64,000 nt of DNA. Origin: Brachybacterium sp. Its GTDB lineage: Bacteria; Actinomycetota; Actinomycetes; Actinomycetales; Dermabacteraceae. Shown here one piece after another: positions 35,572 to 45,050 of this stretch (positions are counted from its first letter, which is position 1; each line of letters begins with the position of its first letter). The notes under the pieces were generated by a model. It was not told the DNA's origin, did no database searches, and worked only from the letters and a program-made list of their open reading frames with translations. The translations under genes and the position numbers were made by a program. The DNA is taken from positions 105,310 through 169,309 of the forward strand of contig NZ_DASVGJ010000060.1 of NCBI RefSeq assembly GCF_036379615.1. Direction: 5' to 3'.

Positions 35572-37539
35572 GTGGCCTCACCCTCAGCCGACCACTCTGC
35601 AGACCATCTCCCCGCGAGCCTCTCGGCCCTCTTCGCCCGGGCCGGTGAGCTCGCCGACCTCCTCGATGCCCCGCTGTCGGCCGTCGCCGACGTGCCCCGG
35701 CCCGAGCACCCGCGCCCTCAGCTGCACCGGCCCACATGGCTCACCCTCAACGGGACCTGGCAGTTCGAGATCGACCAGGGCGACTCGGGCCGCGACCGCG
35801 GCCTGCTCGAGCGCGAGCTCGGCTCCGAGATCCTGGTGCCCTTCGCGCCGGAGACCGAGGCCTCCGGGATCGGCAACCGCGACTATCTCGAGGCCGTCTG
35901 GTACCGGCGCACCCCCACGATCCCTGCCGACTGGGAGGGCCTGCGCCCGATCCTGCGCTTCGAAGCCGTGGACCAGGATGCGACCGTCTGGGTGAACGGT
36001 CAGGAGGTCGCCCGTCACCGAGGCGGCTTCACCCCGTTCGCCGCCGATCTCTCGGGCGTCCCCGGCACCGGCCCCGGCGAGGAGGTCGAGATCGTCGTGC
36101 GCGCCCGGGACCCCCACGGCGTCCCGCAGGCCCGCGGCAAGCAGTCGCACGAGTTCCGACCCACCGCCGCGAACTACCACCGCACCACCGGGATCTGGCA
36201 GAGCGTCTGGCTCGAGGGGGTCCCCGCCGACGAGATCCGCTCGCTGCGGATCCTGCCCTCGCTGGGCGGGCGGTCCTTCGCGCTCGACGTGCCGCTGTCC
36301 CGGGCCACGCCGGGCACCCGTCTCGAGGTCGTCGCCTCCGTGCCGGGAGGCGAGGAGGTGGCGCGGGCCGCGGTGCGCGCCGATATCGACCTCGCCCCGC
36401 ACCTCGAGCTCGTGATCCCCGAGGACGCGGTGCGGGTATGGGGCCCCGGCGCGCCCGAGCTCTACGCCCTCACTGTGCGCCTGCTCGACGGCGCGGGCGC
36501 GGTGCTCGACGAGGTGCGCTCCTACGCGGGGCTCCGCTCGACCTCCCTGCGGGACCACGAGTTCCGGATCAACGGCGAGAAGGTCTTCCAGCGGCTCGTC
36601 CTCGACCAGGGGTACTGGGAGGAGTCGTTCATGACCGCCCCCACGGATGCGGCGATCACCACCGACATCCGTCTCGCTCTCGAGGCCGGCTTCAACGGCG
36701 CCCGCCTGCACCAGAAGGTCTTCGAGCAGCGCATGCACTTCTGGTCGGACCTGCACGGCTACCTCACCTGGGGGGAGTTCGGCGACTGGGGCGTCCACGG
36801 CTTCGGCCCGGACGGGGACAACCAGCAGCCGCCGGCGACGTTCGTCGGCCAATGGATCGAGGCGGTCCAGCGCGATCTGAACCACCCCTCGATCGTCGGC
36901 TGGTGCCCGCTGAACGAGACCCACCAGCTCCTGCACGACCGCATCACACAGCTCGATGCGGTGACCCAGGCGATGTACGACGCGACCAAGCTCGCCGATC
37001 CCACCCGGCCGGTGCTGGATGCCTCGGGGTACTCCCATCGGGTGCGCGGGGCGGACATCTACGACTCCCACTCCTACGAGCAGGATCCGGAGCGCTTCCG
37101 CGAGGAGCAGTCCGGCCTCGCCGCCGGCGAGCCCTTCGTGAACCGTCGGGATCTGGGCCCCGACGACTTCCCCTTCGCCGACGGCGCCTTCTCCCTGCCC
37201 TTCGCCGGCCAGCCCTACTTCGTCTCGGAGTACGGCGGTATCTGGTGGAACGAGGAGGAGGCGCGCCGAGCCGAGGAGGCCGACCGCGCCGGCAACAACG
37301 CCGCCGAGTCCTGGGGCTACGGCCAGCGGATCCGCAGTGAGGAGGAGCTCTACGAGCGCTTCGAGGGCCTCACCCGGGTGCTGCTCGAGGACCCGCTGAT
37401 GTTCGCCTACTGCTACACCCAGATGACGGACGTCTTCCAGGAGAAGAACGGCGTGGTCGACTTCGCGCGCGGTCGCAAGCTCGATCTCGCCCGCCTGCGC
37501 GCCGTGCAGGAGCGCACCGCCGCCTACGAACAGGACTGA
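35572..37539 (+). CDS. Glycoside hydrolase family 2 (beta-galactosidase/glucuronidase-like), cytoplasmic
   Basis: PRPEHPRPQ, LNGTWQF, FEAVD, HRGGFTPF, GFNGARLHQK, acid/base PLNE, nucleophile VSEYGG; GTG 35572 has an AGGAG SD (track start 35521). Confidence 0.92.
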   Translation: MASPSADHSADHLPASLSALFARAGELADLLDAPLSAVADVPRPEHPRPQLHRPTWLTLNGTWQFEIDQGDSGRDRGLLERELGSEILVPFAPETEASGIGNRDYLEAVWYRRTPTIPADWEGLRPILRFEAVDQDATVWVNGQEVARHRGGFTPFAADLSGVPGTGPGEEVEIVVRARDPHGVPQARGKQSHEFRPTAANYHRTTGIWQSVWLEGVPADEIRSLRILPSLGGRSFALDVPLSRATPGTRLEVVASVPGGEEVARAAVRADIDLAPHLELVIPEDAVRVWGPGAPELYALTVRLLDGAGAVLDEVRSYAGLRSTSLRDHEFRINGEKVFQRLVLDQGYWEESFMTAPTDAAITTDIRLALEAGFNGARLHQKVFEQRMHFWSDLHGYLTWGEFGDWGVHGFGPDGDNQQPPATFVGQWIEAVQRDLNHPSIVGWCPLNETHQLLHDRITQLDAVTQAMYDATKLADPTRPVLDASGYSHRVRGADIYDSHSYEQDPERFREEQSGLAAGEPFVNRRDLGPDDFPFADGAFSLPFAGQPYFVSEYGGIWWNEEEARRAEEADRAGNNAAESWGYGQRIRSEEELYERFEGLTRVLLEDPLMFAYCYTQMTDVFQEKNGVVDFARGRKLDLARLRAVQERTAAYEQD

Positions 37540-37618
37540 GCGCGGGCCTGAGCGCGAGGGCCCGGCCGGCGAGGAGTAATCGCTGGCCGGGCCCTCGCCA
37601 TGGAGGCACGATGAGCCC

Positions 37619-38371
37619 ATGGTCGATCAATCGCGCCTCTGGGACGCCCACGCCGCCGCCGAGTACGACACCCCCGGGCAGGGGATGTTCGCCCCCGAGG
37701 TGCTCGGGCCGACGGTCGAGGTCCTGGCCGGACTCGCCGCCGGCGGCCGCGCCCTCGAGCTCGCGATCGGCACCGGGCGGGTCGCGCTCCCGCTGCGCGA
37801 GGCGGGAGTCGCGGTGAGCGGCATCGAGCTCTCGGAGCCGATGCTCGCGCGCCTGCGGGAGAAGGCGGGGGCCGACGAGATCCCCGTCGTGCACGGGGAC
37901 ATGACCACCGCGAGCGCGGGGGAGGGGTTCTCGCTCGCCTATCTGGTGTTCAACACGATCAGCAATCTGCTCACCCAGGAGGAGCAGGTCGAGTGCTTCC
38001 GCAATGCGGCTCGGCACCTCGCGCCGGGCGGCTGCTTCGTCATCGAGCTGTGGGTGCCGCAGCTGCGGGCGCTCGCCCCCGGTCATGGCGGCACGGTCGA
38101 GGTCTCCGAGCCGGGCTATCTGCTCGTGGACACCTATGATCTCCTCCGCCAGCAGGTCGTCTCCCATCACGTGCGCTTCGAGGCCCGGGTGGACGGGGCC
38201 CGCGGGGCGCGTCTGAATCGCACCCCGCACCGCTTCATCTGGCCCGCCGAGCTGGATCTCATGGCGCAGCTCGCCGGCTTCCAGCTGGAGAGCCGCTGGG
38301 CGGACTGGGACCGCTCGGAGTTCACCGCGGACTCCGCCAGCCATGTGAGCGTCTACCGGCTCCCTCGCTGA
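37619..38371 (+). CDS. Class I SAM-dependent methyltransferase
   Basis: ALELAIGTGRV motif I, GIELS, GDMT, HLAPGG. Confidence 0.9.
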   Translation: MVDQSRLWDAHAAAEYDTPGQGMFAPEVLGPTVEVLAGLAAGGRALELAIGTGRVALPLREAGVAVSGIELSEPMLARLREKAGADEIPVVHGDMTTASAGEGFSLAYLVFNTISNLLTQEEQVECFRNAARHLAPGGCFVIELWVPQLRALAPGHGGTVEVSEPGYLLVDTYDLLRQQVVSHHVRFEARVDGARGARLNRTPHRFIWPAELDLMAQLAGFQLESRWADWDRSEFTADSASHVSVYRLPR

Positions 38372-38418
38372 GCCAGTCTCCGCAGAGCCCGTCCCCGGGA
38401 TCCGATTACGCTGGTGCG

Positions 38419-39444
38419 GTGACCTCCACCGACACCACGCACGCCGGCACGGCGACAGCCCGTCCTCCCCTGACCCTCGACGACGTCCCCGCCGTCACCG
38501 CGCTGCTGAACCGCATCGATGCGGCCGACGATCTCGGCGAACCCGCCGAGGAGCCCAGCATCCGCGAAGCGCTCGGCATGCCGGGGCTCGACCTGGAGCG
38601 CGACACCCTCGCAGTCCGTGCGGGGGAGGAGCTGCTCGGCTTCTCCGTGGTCGACGTCCACGACTCCCTGGATCGCGATGGCCGGGTGCGCTGTCAGCTG
38701 ATGGGTGGGGTGGATCCCGACCACCGCCGCCGGGGATTGGGGACGGGCCTGTTCGACTGGGCCGAGGCCCGCGCCGCGCAGCTCGCCGCCGAGCGCCACC
38801 AGGAGGAGGTCGACGCCGTCTTCCGCGCCTCCGGCGGCCGCGACCCGGACCTCGACGCGGCGGAGGACGCCCCGCTGACCGGCGGCGCCGACGTGCGCCC
38901 CCTGCTGGAGCGGCGCGGCTACTCCCGGGCCCGCAGCTGGCTGGTGATGCGCCGCGAGCTGCCCGGTGCCGCACTCCCCGAGATCGCTCGTGACGGGGTG
39001 CAGGTGATCGCCCCCGAGGACTCCCGGGCCGAGCCCACTCGCCTCGCCCATCTCGCCGCCTTCGCCGACCATTGGGGCTCGGCGCCGGTCCCGCCCGAGC
39101 GCTGGGCGATCTGGTGGTCCTCCCACACCTCGCGTCGCGCACTCTCCAGCATCGCGCTCGACGCGGACGGCACCGTCCTCGCCTACGTGCTCACCTCGGA
39201 GGACAAGCCCGGCGTGCTCCACATCGCCCTGGTGGGCACCCGCCCGGAGGCCCGCGGTCGGGGGCTGGCGCGCGCCGTCATCGCCCGCAGCCTCGCCGCC
39301 GCCGCGGAGGCAGGGTATGCGAGCGCCGAGCTCGAGGTCGACGCCGAGTCCCTCACCGGTGCGACGCGGCTGTACGAAGCGCTCGGCTTCGCCCGTGAGG
39401 CCGTCTACGGCACCTACGAGAAGCCCGTCGGCCGACTGGTCTGA
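38419..39444 (+). CDS. Tandem-GNAT N-acetyltransferase
   Basis: Two acetyl-CoA motifs VDPDHRRRGLG and TRPEARGRGLA; LYEALGF. Confidence 0.9.
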   Translation: MTSTDTTHAGTATARPPLTLDDVPAVTALLNRIDAADDLGEPAEEPSIREALGMPGLDLERDTLAVRAGEELLGFSVVDVHDSLDRDGRVRCQLMGGVDPDHRRRGLGTGLFDWAEARAAQLAAERHQEEVDAVFRASGGRDPDLDAAEDAPLTGGADVRPLLERRGYSRARSWLVMRRELPGAALPEIARDGVQVIAPEDSRAEPTRLAHLAAFADHWGSAPVPPERWAIWWSSHTSRRALSSIALDADGTVLAYVLTSEDKPGVLHIALVGTRPEARGRGLARAVIARSLAAAAEAGYASAELEVDAESLTGATRLYEALGFAREAVYGTYEKPVGRLV

Positions 39445-39454
39445 GGGGCAGCCG

Positions 39455-40489
39455 ATGAGAGCAGTGCGCTTCGCGTCCTTCGGGACCCCGCCCGAGATGG
39501 TCGAGATGCCGGCCCCGGCGTGCCCGCCCCGGGGCGCGGTCGTCACCGTGCATGCCACCGGGGTGTGCCGCAGCGACTGGCACGCCTGGCAGGGGCACGA
39601 CGACTCGGTGACGCTGCCGCACGTGCCTGGGCACGAGTTCGCAGGTGTCGTCGCGGAGGTGGGGGAGGAGGTCACAGGGTTCTCCGTGGGGGACCGGGTC
39701 ACCGCACCGTTCATCCTGGCCTGCGGTCGCTGCGCGCAGTGCCTCGCAGGAGCTCCGCAGGTGTGCCCCGATCAGCAGCAGCCCGGCTTCGACCAGCAGG
39801 GCGCCTGGGCGGAGCAGGTGGTCGTGACGGAGGCCGCCCACAACCTCGTGGCGCTGCCGGACGGGATCGACATGACCCTCGCAGCGGGGCTCGGCTGCCG
39901 CGTGGGCACCGCGCACCATGCCGTGCGTGCGCAGGCCGCGGTGCTCCCCGGTGAGACCGTGGCGGTGTTCGGCTGCGGTGGGCTGGGGCTGGCCTGCGTG
40001 ATGATCGCGCTGGCCGCCGGTGCCGAGGTGCTGGCGATCGACGTCTCCCCGACCGCCCTCGCCGCCGCCGAGGCGCTCGGCGCGCGAGCACTCCTCTCCG
40101 CGCCGGACATCGCGGAGCGGGTGGCCGAGACGACCGGCGGCGGCGCCCACGTCACCGTCGATGCGCTCGGCGCGGCGGCGACCGCGCGCGCCGCGATCTC
40201 CTCGCTGCGCCCCCGCGGCCGGCACGTGCAGGTGGGGCTGCTGCTCGGGGAGGATGCTGACCCGGCCCTGCCGATGGGGCGCGTGATCGCCCAGGAGCTC
40301 CAGATCCTGGGCAGCCATGGACTCGCCGTCGCCGAGTACGCCGAGCTGCTGGCGGACATCGCGGCGGGGCGACTGGACCTGGCACGGACCGTCGGCCGCA
40401 TCATCGATGCGGACGATCTGCCCGCCGCGATGCTCGCGATGGATCACCCGCCCACCGCTGCCGGGATGACGGTGGCCCGCTGGGTCTGA
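39455..40489 (+). CDS. Zinc-dependent medium-chain alcohol dehydrogenase
   Basis: GVCRSDWH, GHEFAG, CGRCAQC..C structural Zn, FGCGGLG. Confidence 0.95.
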   Translation: MRAVRFASFGTPPEMVEMPAPACPPRGAVVTVHATGVCRSDWHAWQGHDDSVTLPHVPGHEFAGVVAEVGEEVTGFSVGDRVTAPFILACGRCAQCLAGAPQVCPDQQQPGFDQQGAWAEQVVVTEAAHNLVALPDGIDMTLAAGLGCRVGTAHHAVRAQAAVLPGETVAVFGCGGLGLACVMIALAAGAEVLAIDVSPTALAAAEALGARALLSAPDIAERVAETTGGGAHVTVDALGAAATARAAISSLRPRGRHVQVGLLLGEDADPALPMGRVIAQELQILGSHGLAVAEYAELLADIAAGRLDLARTVGRIIDADDLPAAMLAMDHPPTAAGMTVARWV

Positions 40490-40535
40490 ACTGACCGGTC
40501 CGGTGCGCGCCTTCTGCTGTGGAAGCATTGAGCCC

Positions 40536-41546
40536 ATGAGCATCACTGCAGCGGCCGACGGCTCCGCCCTCGGCAACCCCGGCCCGGCCGGCTGGGCCTG
40601 GTACATCGATGAGGACACCTGGCGCGCGGGCGGCTGGCCCCACGGCACCAACAACATGGGCGAGCTGAAGGCCGTGCTCGACCTACTCGAGGCCACAGCC
40701 GTCGACGCCGATCAGCACCTGCACATCCTGTGCGACAGCCAGTACGTCATCAACTCGGTCACCAAGTGGATGCCGGGATGGAAGCGCAAGGGCTGGCGCA
40801 AGAAGGACGGCAAGCCGGTGCTGAACGTCGAGCTGCTGAAGGACATCGATCGCGCGCTCGCCGGGCGCAGCGTCGAGTTCGAGTGGGTCAAGGGGCATTC
40901 CGGCCACGCGATGAATGAGGCGGCGGACAAGCGCGCCAACGCCGCCGCCACCGCCTTCCAGAGGAAGCAGGACCCGGACGTGGGGCCCGGCTATCGAGGG
41001 CGCGGGGGAGCGGTCGCAGCGCCTCCAGCCACCACGGCCACCGCCACCACAGCGCCCGCCGCTGCGGCTCCCGGCGTCGCGGCTCCCGGCCCAGCCTCCG
41101 AGTCGGCCGACGACCTCTTCAGCATGTTCGACCAGGTCGAGGAGGCTTCCGCTGCGAGCTGCAGCACCGCCGTGGAGGAGACCGCTCTGGTGGCCGATGG
41201 CCCGGGGACCACCGACTTCGAGCAGGTCACGGCCCGTGAGCAGGCGCTGCTGGGAGACCGTCTGCGCGCCGATCCGCCGAGCGCCGCCGAGCTGCTGCAT
41301 CCCGCGTTCACCGAGATCGGCGCGAGCGGCCGACGCTATGACCGCGAGGAGATCCTCGCCCATCTCGCCCCGCTGGGGGACCTCGATGCCGCGGAGTTCG
41401 TCGCCGATGAGGTCGCGCCCGGTGTGGTGCTGCTGCGGTATGTGACCACAGGTCCCGCGGGGGCGGCCGAGCGCTCCTCTCTCTGGGTGCGCGAGAACGG
41501 CCGTTGGCTGCTGCGCCACCACCAGGGCACTCCGCTCGGCAGCTGA
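40536..41546 (+). CDS. rnhA: Ribonuclease HI fused to a C-terminal NTF2-like (DUF4440-type) domain
   Basis: AADGSALGNPGPAGW, TNNMGEL, CDSQY, WVKGHSGHAMNEAAD; Ala/Pro linker; LLHPAFTEIGASGR...SSLW...WLLRHHQGT. Confidence 0.88.
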   Translation: MSITAAADGSALGNPGPAGWAWYIDEDTWRAGGWPHGTNNMGELKAVLDLLEATAVDADQHLHILCDSQYVINSVTKWMPGWKRKGWRKKDGKPVLNVELLKDIDRALAGRSVEFEWVKGHSGHAMNEAADKRANAAATAFQRKQDPDVGPGYRGRGGAVAAPPATTATATTAPAAAAPGVAAPGPASESADDLFSMFDQVEEASAASCSTAVEETALVADGPGTTDFEQVTAREQALLGDRLRADPPSAAELLHPAFTEIGASGRRYDREEILAHLAPLGDLDAAEFVADEVAPGVVLLRYVTTGPAGAAERSSLWVRENGRWLLRHHQGTPLGS

Positions 41547-41640
41547 CGCTGTCGCTCTCGCTGACGTGTGGGCGGGAGCTGGTCAAGGCGCCGGCCAGGG
41601 TGTCGAGGGGACCTCGGCAGGGCTGCGCGCCTCGAGAGGG

Positions 41641-43314
41641 CTACGGGGCGGATGATTCCCCTGGTGGCGCCAGATCTTCGTGGCCTTCCGCTGCGGGCGG
41701 CGGATCCGACGGCGCGGGCGGTGACTCCGTCGGCCCTGGCGGTGGATCCGGCCAAGGATTGATGAGCGGAGGAGTGGGGGATGCGCCGAGGGCTCCGTGC
41801 GGACTCACCCAGAGCCATCCCGCCGGCGGGATCGAGGAGTCGGAGGGTGACTGGTCGGTGCTGTCTGCTCTCGATCCCTGGTGCGACGCGGCATCCTCAC
41901 CACGGGTCCGCGAGCGGCTCAGCGGACTGAGGATCCACAGTCCGTGCTCCTTGAGCAGGTTGCAGCGCGCGCACAGCCCTTGGCCATTCGCGAGGCTGGT
42001 CTCTCCGCCTCGATGGTGAGGGACGACGTGATCGCTGTGGCGGATCCTCGCATTGCACCAGGGGGTGCGACAGGTGGTGTCGCGCCAGAGGATCATCCGC
42101 GCCAGCCCCGCGGGGAAGGCGCGGGCCCGGGACTCCATCGCGACCAGCTCGCCGGTGCGCGGGCTCCGGTACAGCCGACGGAAGAACGCTGAGACCTCCT
42201 GGTCAGGGTGCATCTCCTCGTCGGCCCTCAGGTGGCCCGGCGGACTGCCGAGCAGGTTGTCGCGGACGATGTGCGCGGGAATCGTGCCGTAGCCCGCGAG
42301 CTCGGCGGTCTCGGCGTCGTCGTCCCGTCCCAGCAGCGCCGTGTCGGTGAGGACGATCCCGATGTCCAGGCCGGGGCGGAGGCGAGGCCGATCGGGACTC
42401 GGTGTCGCCTCGCCTGCGCCCCGGAGGACGTCCTCGACGAGCAGGTCCGCCTCCAGGGCGGGAAGGGAGGTCTTCGCGCCGGCGGCGCGGAGCGACTCGG
42501 CGCGCGTGTGCAGGGATTGCATCAGAGCGACGGCGTCGATCCCGCGCAGCACGGCGGTCATCCGGGCCATGCCGTCGGCCAGAGGGGTCATCCTCACGTG
42601 CCGGGCACGGGCGGCGCGCTCCGCTCGCTCGCGGGACGTCTCGGGTTCGAGCTTCTGGACCAGGTCCCGGACATCGGCCTGCAGACGCCTGCTGCCCTTG
42701 CCCTCGAAGAACTCGGGGTGCTCACGGAGGTGGTCGTCGATCCTGCGACAGGTGTCCGCACCGGCACCGTCGAGCGCGCCGGAGATCGCGGAGGCCTGGT
42801 GATCCGTCATGGCACCGGACCAGAGGCCGTCCACCGCACCGGGCATGTTCTGCACGAGCCGACGAGCCTTCGCCTGGGAGAGAGAGGAGGCGGACGGGGA
42901 GATCCGGCGCGCGAGCGCGATCTCCTGCCCGGCGCCGCGGCCCTGCCGGGAGGACGGCACGCCCTGCGCGGAATCATCGCGGCGGATCCGATCCTCGGCC
43001 GTGACCTGCCAGATCGCGCCGACCGCGGCGAGGGAGGCGCGCAGATGGTCGATCCCGGCGAGGACGGCGAGAGCCTCCTCGGCGCTCCCGGGGGTGGTGT
43101 CCGGCAGCGGATCGCGCACCGAGCGGGTCTGGGTGAACGCCAGCAGGGTTGCGGCGAGGACCTGAGCGAGCAGCGCGCGGGCCGGGGGACCGGCCTCGAC
43201 CTCGCCGAAGCGAGCCAGCACCTCTTCGAGGACGTCCCCCGACGGAGCGATCACGTCCCGGCGAGGAGCGTCCTCGCCGGGGCGGTCCCCGCTGTGCATC
43301 GGTGTCGACATCAT
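41641..43314 (-). CDS. DUF222 / HNH endonuclease (13E12-repeat-like) protein
   Basis: RDTTCRTPWC...DHVVPHHRGGETSLANGQGLCARCN HNH module; ATG 43314 or 43311. Confidence 0.9.
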   Translation of the reverse strand: MMSTPMHSGDRPGEDAPRRDVIAPSGDVLEEVLARFGEVEAGPPARALLAQVLAATLLAFTQTRSVRDPLPDTTPGSAEEALAVLAGIDHLRASLAAVGAIWQVTAEDRIRRDDSAQGVPSSRQGRGAGQEIALARRISPSASSLSQAKARRLVQNMPGAVDGLWSGAMTDHQASAISGALDGAGADTCRRIDDHLREHPEFFEGKGSRRLQADVRDLVQKLEPETSRERAERAARARHVRMTPLADGMARMTAVLRGIDAVALMQSLHTRAESLRAAGAKTSLPALEADLLVEDVLRGAGEATPSPDRPRLRPGLDIGIVLTDTALLGRDDDAETAELAGYGTIPAHIVRDNLLGSPPGHLRADEEMHPDQEVSAFFRRLYRSPRTGELVAMESRARAFPAGLARMILWRDTTCRTPWCNARIRHSDHVVPHHRGGETSLANGQGLCARCNLLKEHGLWILSPLSRSRTRGEDAASHQGSRADSTDQSPSDSSIPPAGWLWVSPHGALGASPTPPLINPWPDPPPGPTESPPAPSDPPPAAEGHEDLAPPGESSAP

Positions 43315-43321
43315 GCCGTCA

Positions 43322-43337
43322 TCGTATGCAGGTTCGA
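43322..43337. promoter_or_regulatory. Candidate actinobacterial LexA (SOS) box overlapping a -10
   Basis: TCGTATGCAGGTTCGA vs TCGAAC-N4-GTTCGA (2 mismatches); minus-strand TACGAT lies 6 nt before the ATG. Confidence 0.5.
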
Positions 43338-43490
43338 AACAGGTCGCCACCCCGTGGGGAAATCTGTGGATGACACCCTGAGAATGTGGATGAAAATGTG
43401 CATGAGTGGTCACTGTGGAGGAAAGGTCGTCAACTCATGGCTCGCAGCCTCCGATGGCTCGTCGCCTGAGGCCCGCGATCCGCAAGGAGT

Positions 43491-43538
43491 GCAGAAATAC
43501 AGAAACTCAGAAATGCAGAAATGCAGAAATGTCGAAAA
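43491..43538 (+). repeat. Tandem 8-bp repeat array (NCAGAAAT)
   Basis: GCAGAAAT ACAGAAAC TCAGAAAT GCAGAAAT GCAGAAAT GTCGAAAA. Confidence 0.85.
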
Positions 43539-43685
43539 GGCGGGAAGCGGCGAGGGGAAGAAGGGGGATGTGTCAAGGTCGCCCGGAGAATGTGGACGAA
43601 TACCGCACCCTGTGTACTGAGCAGTCCCGAGCGCCAGCTTGGGTGAAGGGTGTCGCCGCCCCGAGTGTTGACGCCGTCGGACCCC

Positions 43686-43712
43686 TACTGTCTATGCTGT
43701 CTATAGACAGTA
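43686..43712. promoter_or_regulatory. YtrA/GntR operator palindrome
   Basis: TACTGTCTAT-N7-ATAGACAGTA; also a perfect 14-mer CTGTCTATAGACAG at 43697-43710. Confidence 0.7.
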
Positions 43713-43749
43713 AGTTCACTCGGTGGGGAAGCGCGAAGGAGGGGGAGCG

Positions 43750-44127
43750 ATGCACATCCCGATCGACCCCTCCGCCTCCGCGCCGATCTACGAGCAGATC
43801 CGCGAAGGCATCACCGCCGCGATCCTCACCGGTGACCTCGCCCCGGGCCAGGCACTCCCCTCGATCCGCTCCCTCGCCCGTGACCTGCGGGTCAGCGTCA
43901 TCACCACCACCCGTGCCTACAACGAACTGGTCGCCGACGACCTCGTCGACGCCGTGCGGGGCAAGGGCGTGTTCGTCCGTGCCCAGGACCCGGACCAGCT
44001 GCGCCACCGGGCACTCGAGCAGATCGACGAAGCGCTCGATGCGGCGGTGCGCGTCGCCCGCAGCGCGGGGATCGAGGACCGGGAGCTGAGCAGCCGCCTC
44101 ACGCAGAGACTCGAGGGGGAACGATGA
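43750..44127 (+). CDS. GntR-family regulator, YtrA subfamily
   Basis: PIYEQI, LPSIRSLARDLRVSVITTTRAYNEL, RGKGVFV; short C-domain; precedes ABC genes. Confidence 0.92.
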   Translation: MHIPIDPSASAPIYEQIREGITAAILTGDLAPGQALPSIRSLARDLRVSVITTTRAYNELVADDLVDAVRGKGVFVRAQDPDQLRHRALEQIDEALDAAVRVARSAGIEDRELSSRLTQRLEGER

Positions 44128-45050
44128 ACCACCACCGCAGCGACGCCGTGATCGTCCGCGGCCTGGACGTGCGCCTCCCTCCAGGGGAGCGGCCCTACGC
44201 CGAGGCGCTGCCCGCCGTGCGCGGGCTGGACCTCACGGTCCCGAGCGGCCAGGTCACCGTGATGGTCGGCGCCAACGGCGCCGGCAAGAGCACCACCCTG
44301 CGGGCGATCACCGGAGCGCATCCGTTCTCGGCCGGGTCGATCGAGGTGCTCGGCACCGCGCTCGGCCCGGCACGCGTCCCACCCCCGCAGGGCGTCGCCA
44401 GCGTCCCGGGTCTTTCCGCTCATCCGCGGCGTTGGACCCCGCGGCACGTGGCCCGACTGCGCCAGGACGCGCTCCCCGGCTTCGACACCGCGCGCTTCGA
44501 GGAGCTCCTGACCGCCTTCCGCGTCCCGCACGGGCAGGAGCTGAGGCGCCTGTCCCAGGGACAGGCCACCCAGCTGGGTCTCGCCGCCGCCCTGGCGCAG
44601 GACCCCCAGCTGCTCCTCCTCGACGAGCCCTTCGCCCCTCTCGATCCGCTGGCCCGCACCGAGCTCGTCGACGTGCTGCGGGACTTCATGACCGGTGAGG
44701 AGCGCACACTGCTGCTGGCCACCCACGACCTCGACGGCATCGAGCGCTTCGCGGACCATCTTGTGGTTCTCGCCCGGGGTGCCGATGTGCTCAGCGGTGA
44801 TGTCGAGTCGCTGCGCGACGAGTTCCTGCTGTGCGAGCTCGAGCGGTCCGAGACCGTCGACCCGACAGATCAGGCCCTCGTGGGCGCGGTCACCACGGGG
44901 ACGGGCACACGTGCCCTGATCGCCGTCGATGACGCCGTCGGCCTGCCGAGAATCGCCTCGCTGCGCCGGCCCGACGTGCATGAGATCGTCACCCACCTGC
45001 TGCGCGCCGCCCGCCACGAGGCCGAGCCTCCGAGGAGGACCGCACGATGA
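44124..45050 (+). CDS. ABC exporter ATP-binding protein 1
   Basis: GANGAGKST, LSQGQ, LLLLDEP, ATHD. Confidence 0.9.
   Translation: MNHHRSDAVIVRGLDVRLPPGERPYAEALPAVRGLDLTVPSGQVTVMVGANGAGKSTTLRAITGAHPFSAGSIEVLGTALGPARVPPPQGVASVPGLSAHPRRWTPRHVARLRQDALPGFDTARFEELLTAFRVPHGQELRRLSQGQATQLGLAAALAQDPQLLLLDEPFAPLDPLARTELVDVLRDFMTGEERTLLLATHDLDGIERFADHLVVLARGADVLSGDVESLRDEFLLCELERSETVDPTDQALVGAVTTGTGTRALIAVDDAVGLPRIASLRRPDVHEIVTHLLRAARHEAEPPRRTAR

Noticed and set aside
43491-43538. CRISPR array
   Set aside because: Units are 8 bp and contiguous with no unique spacers; no cas genes
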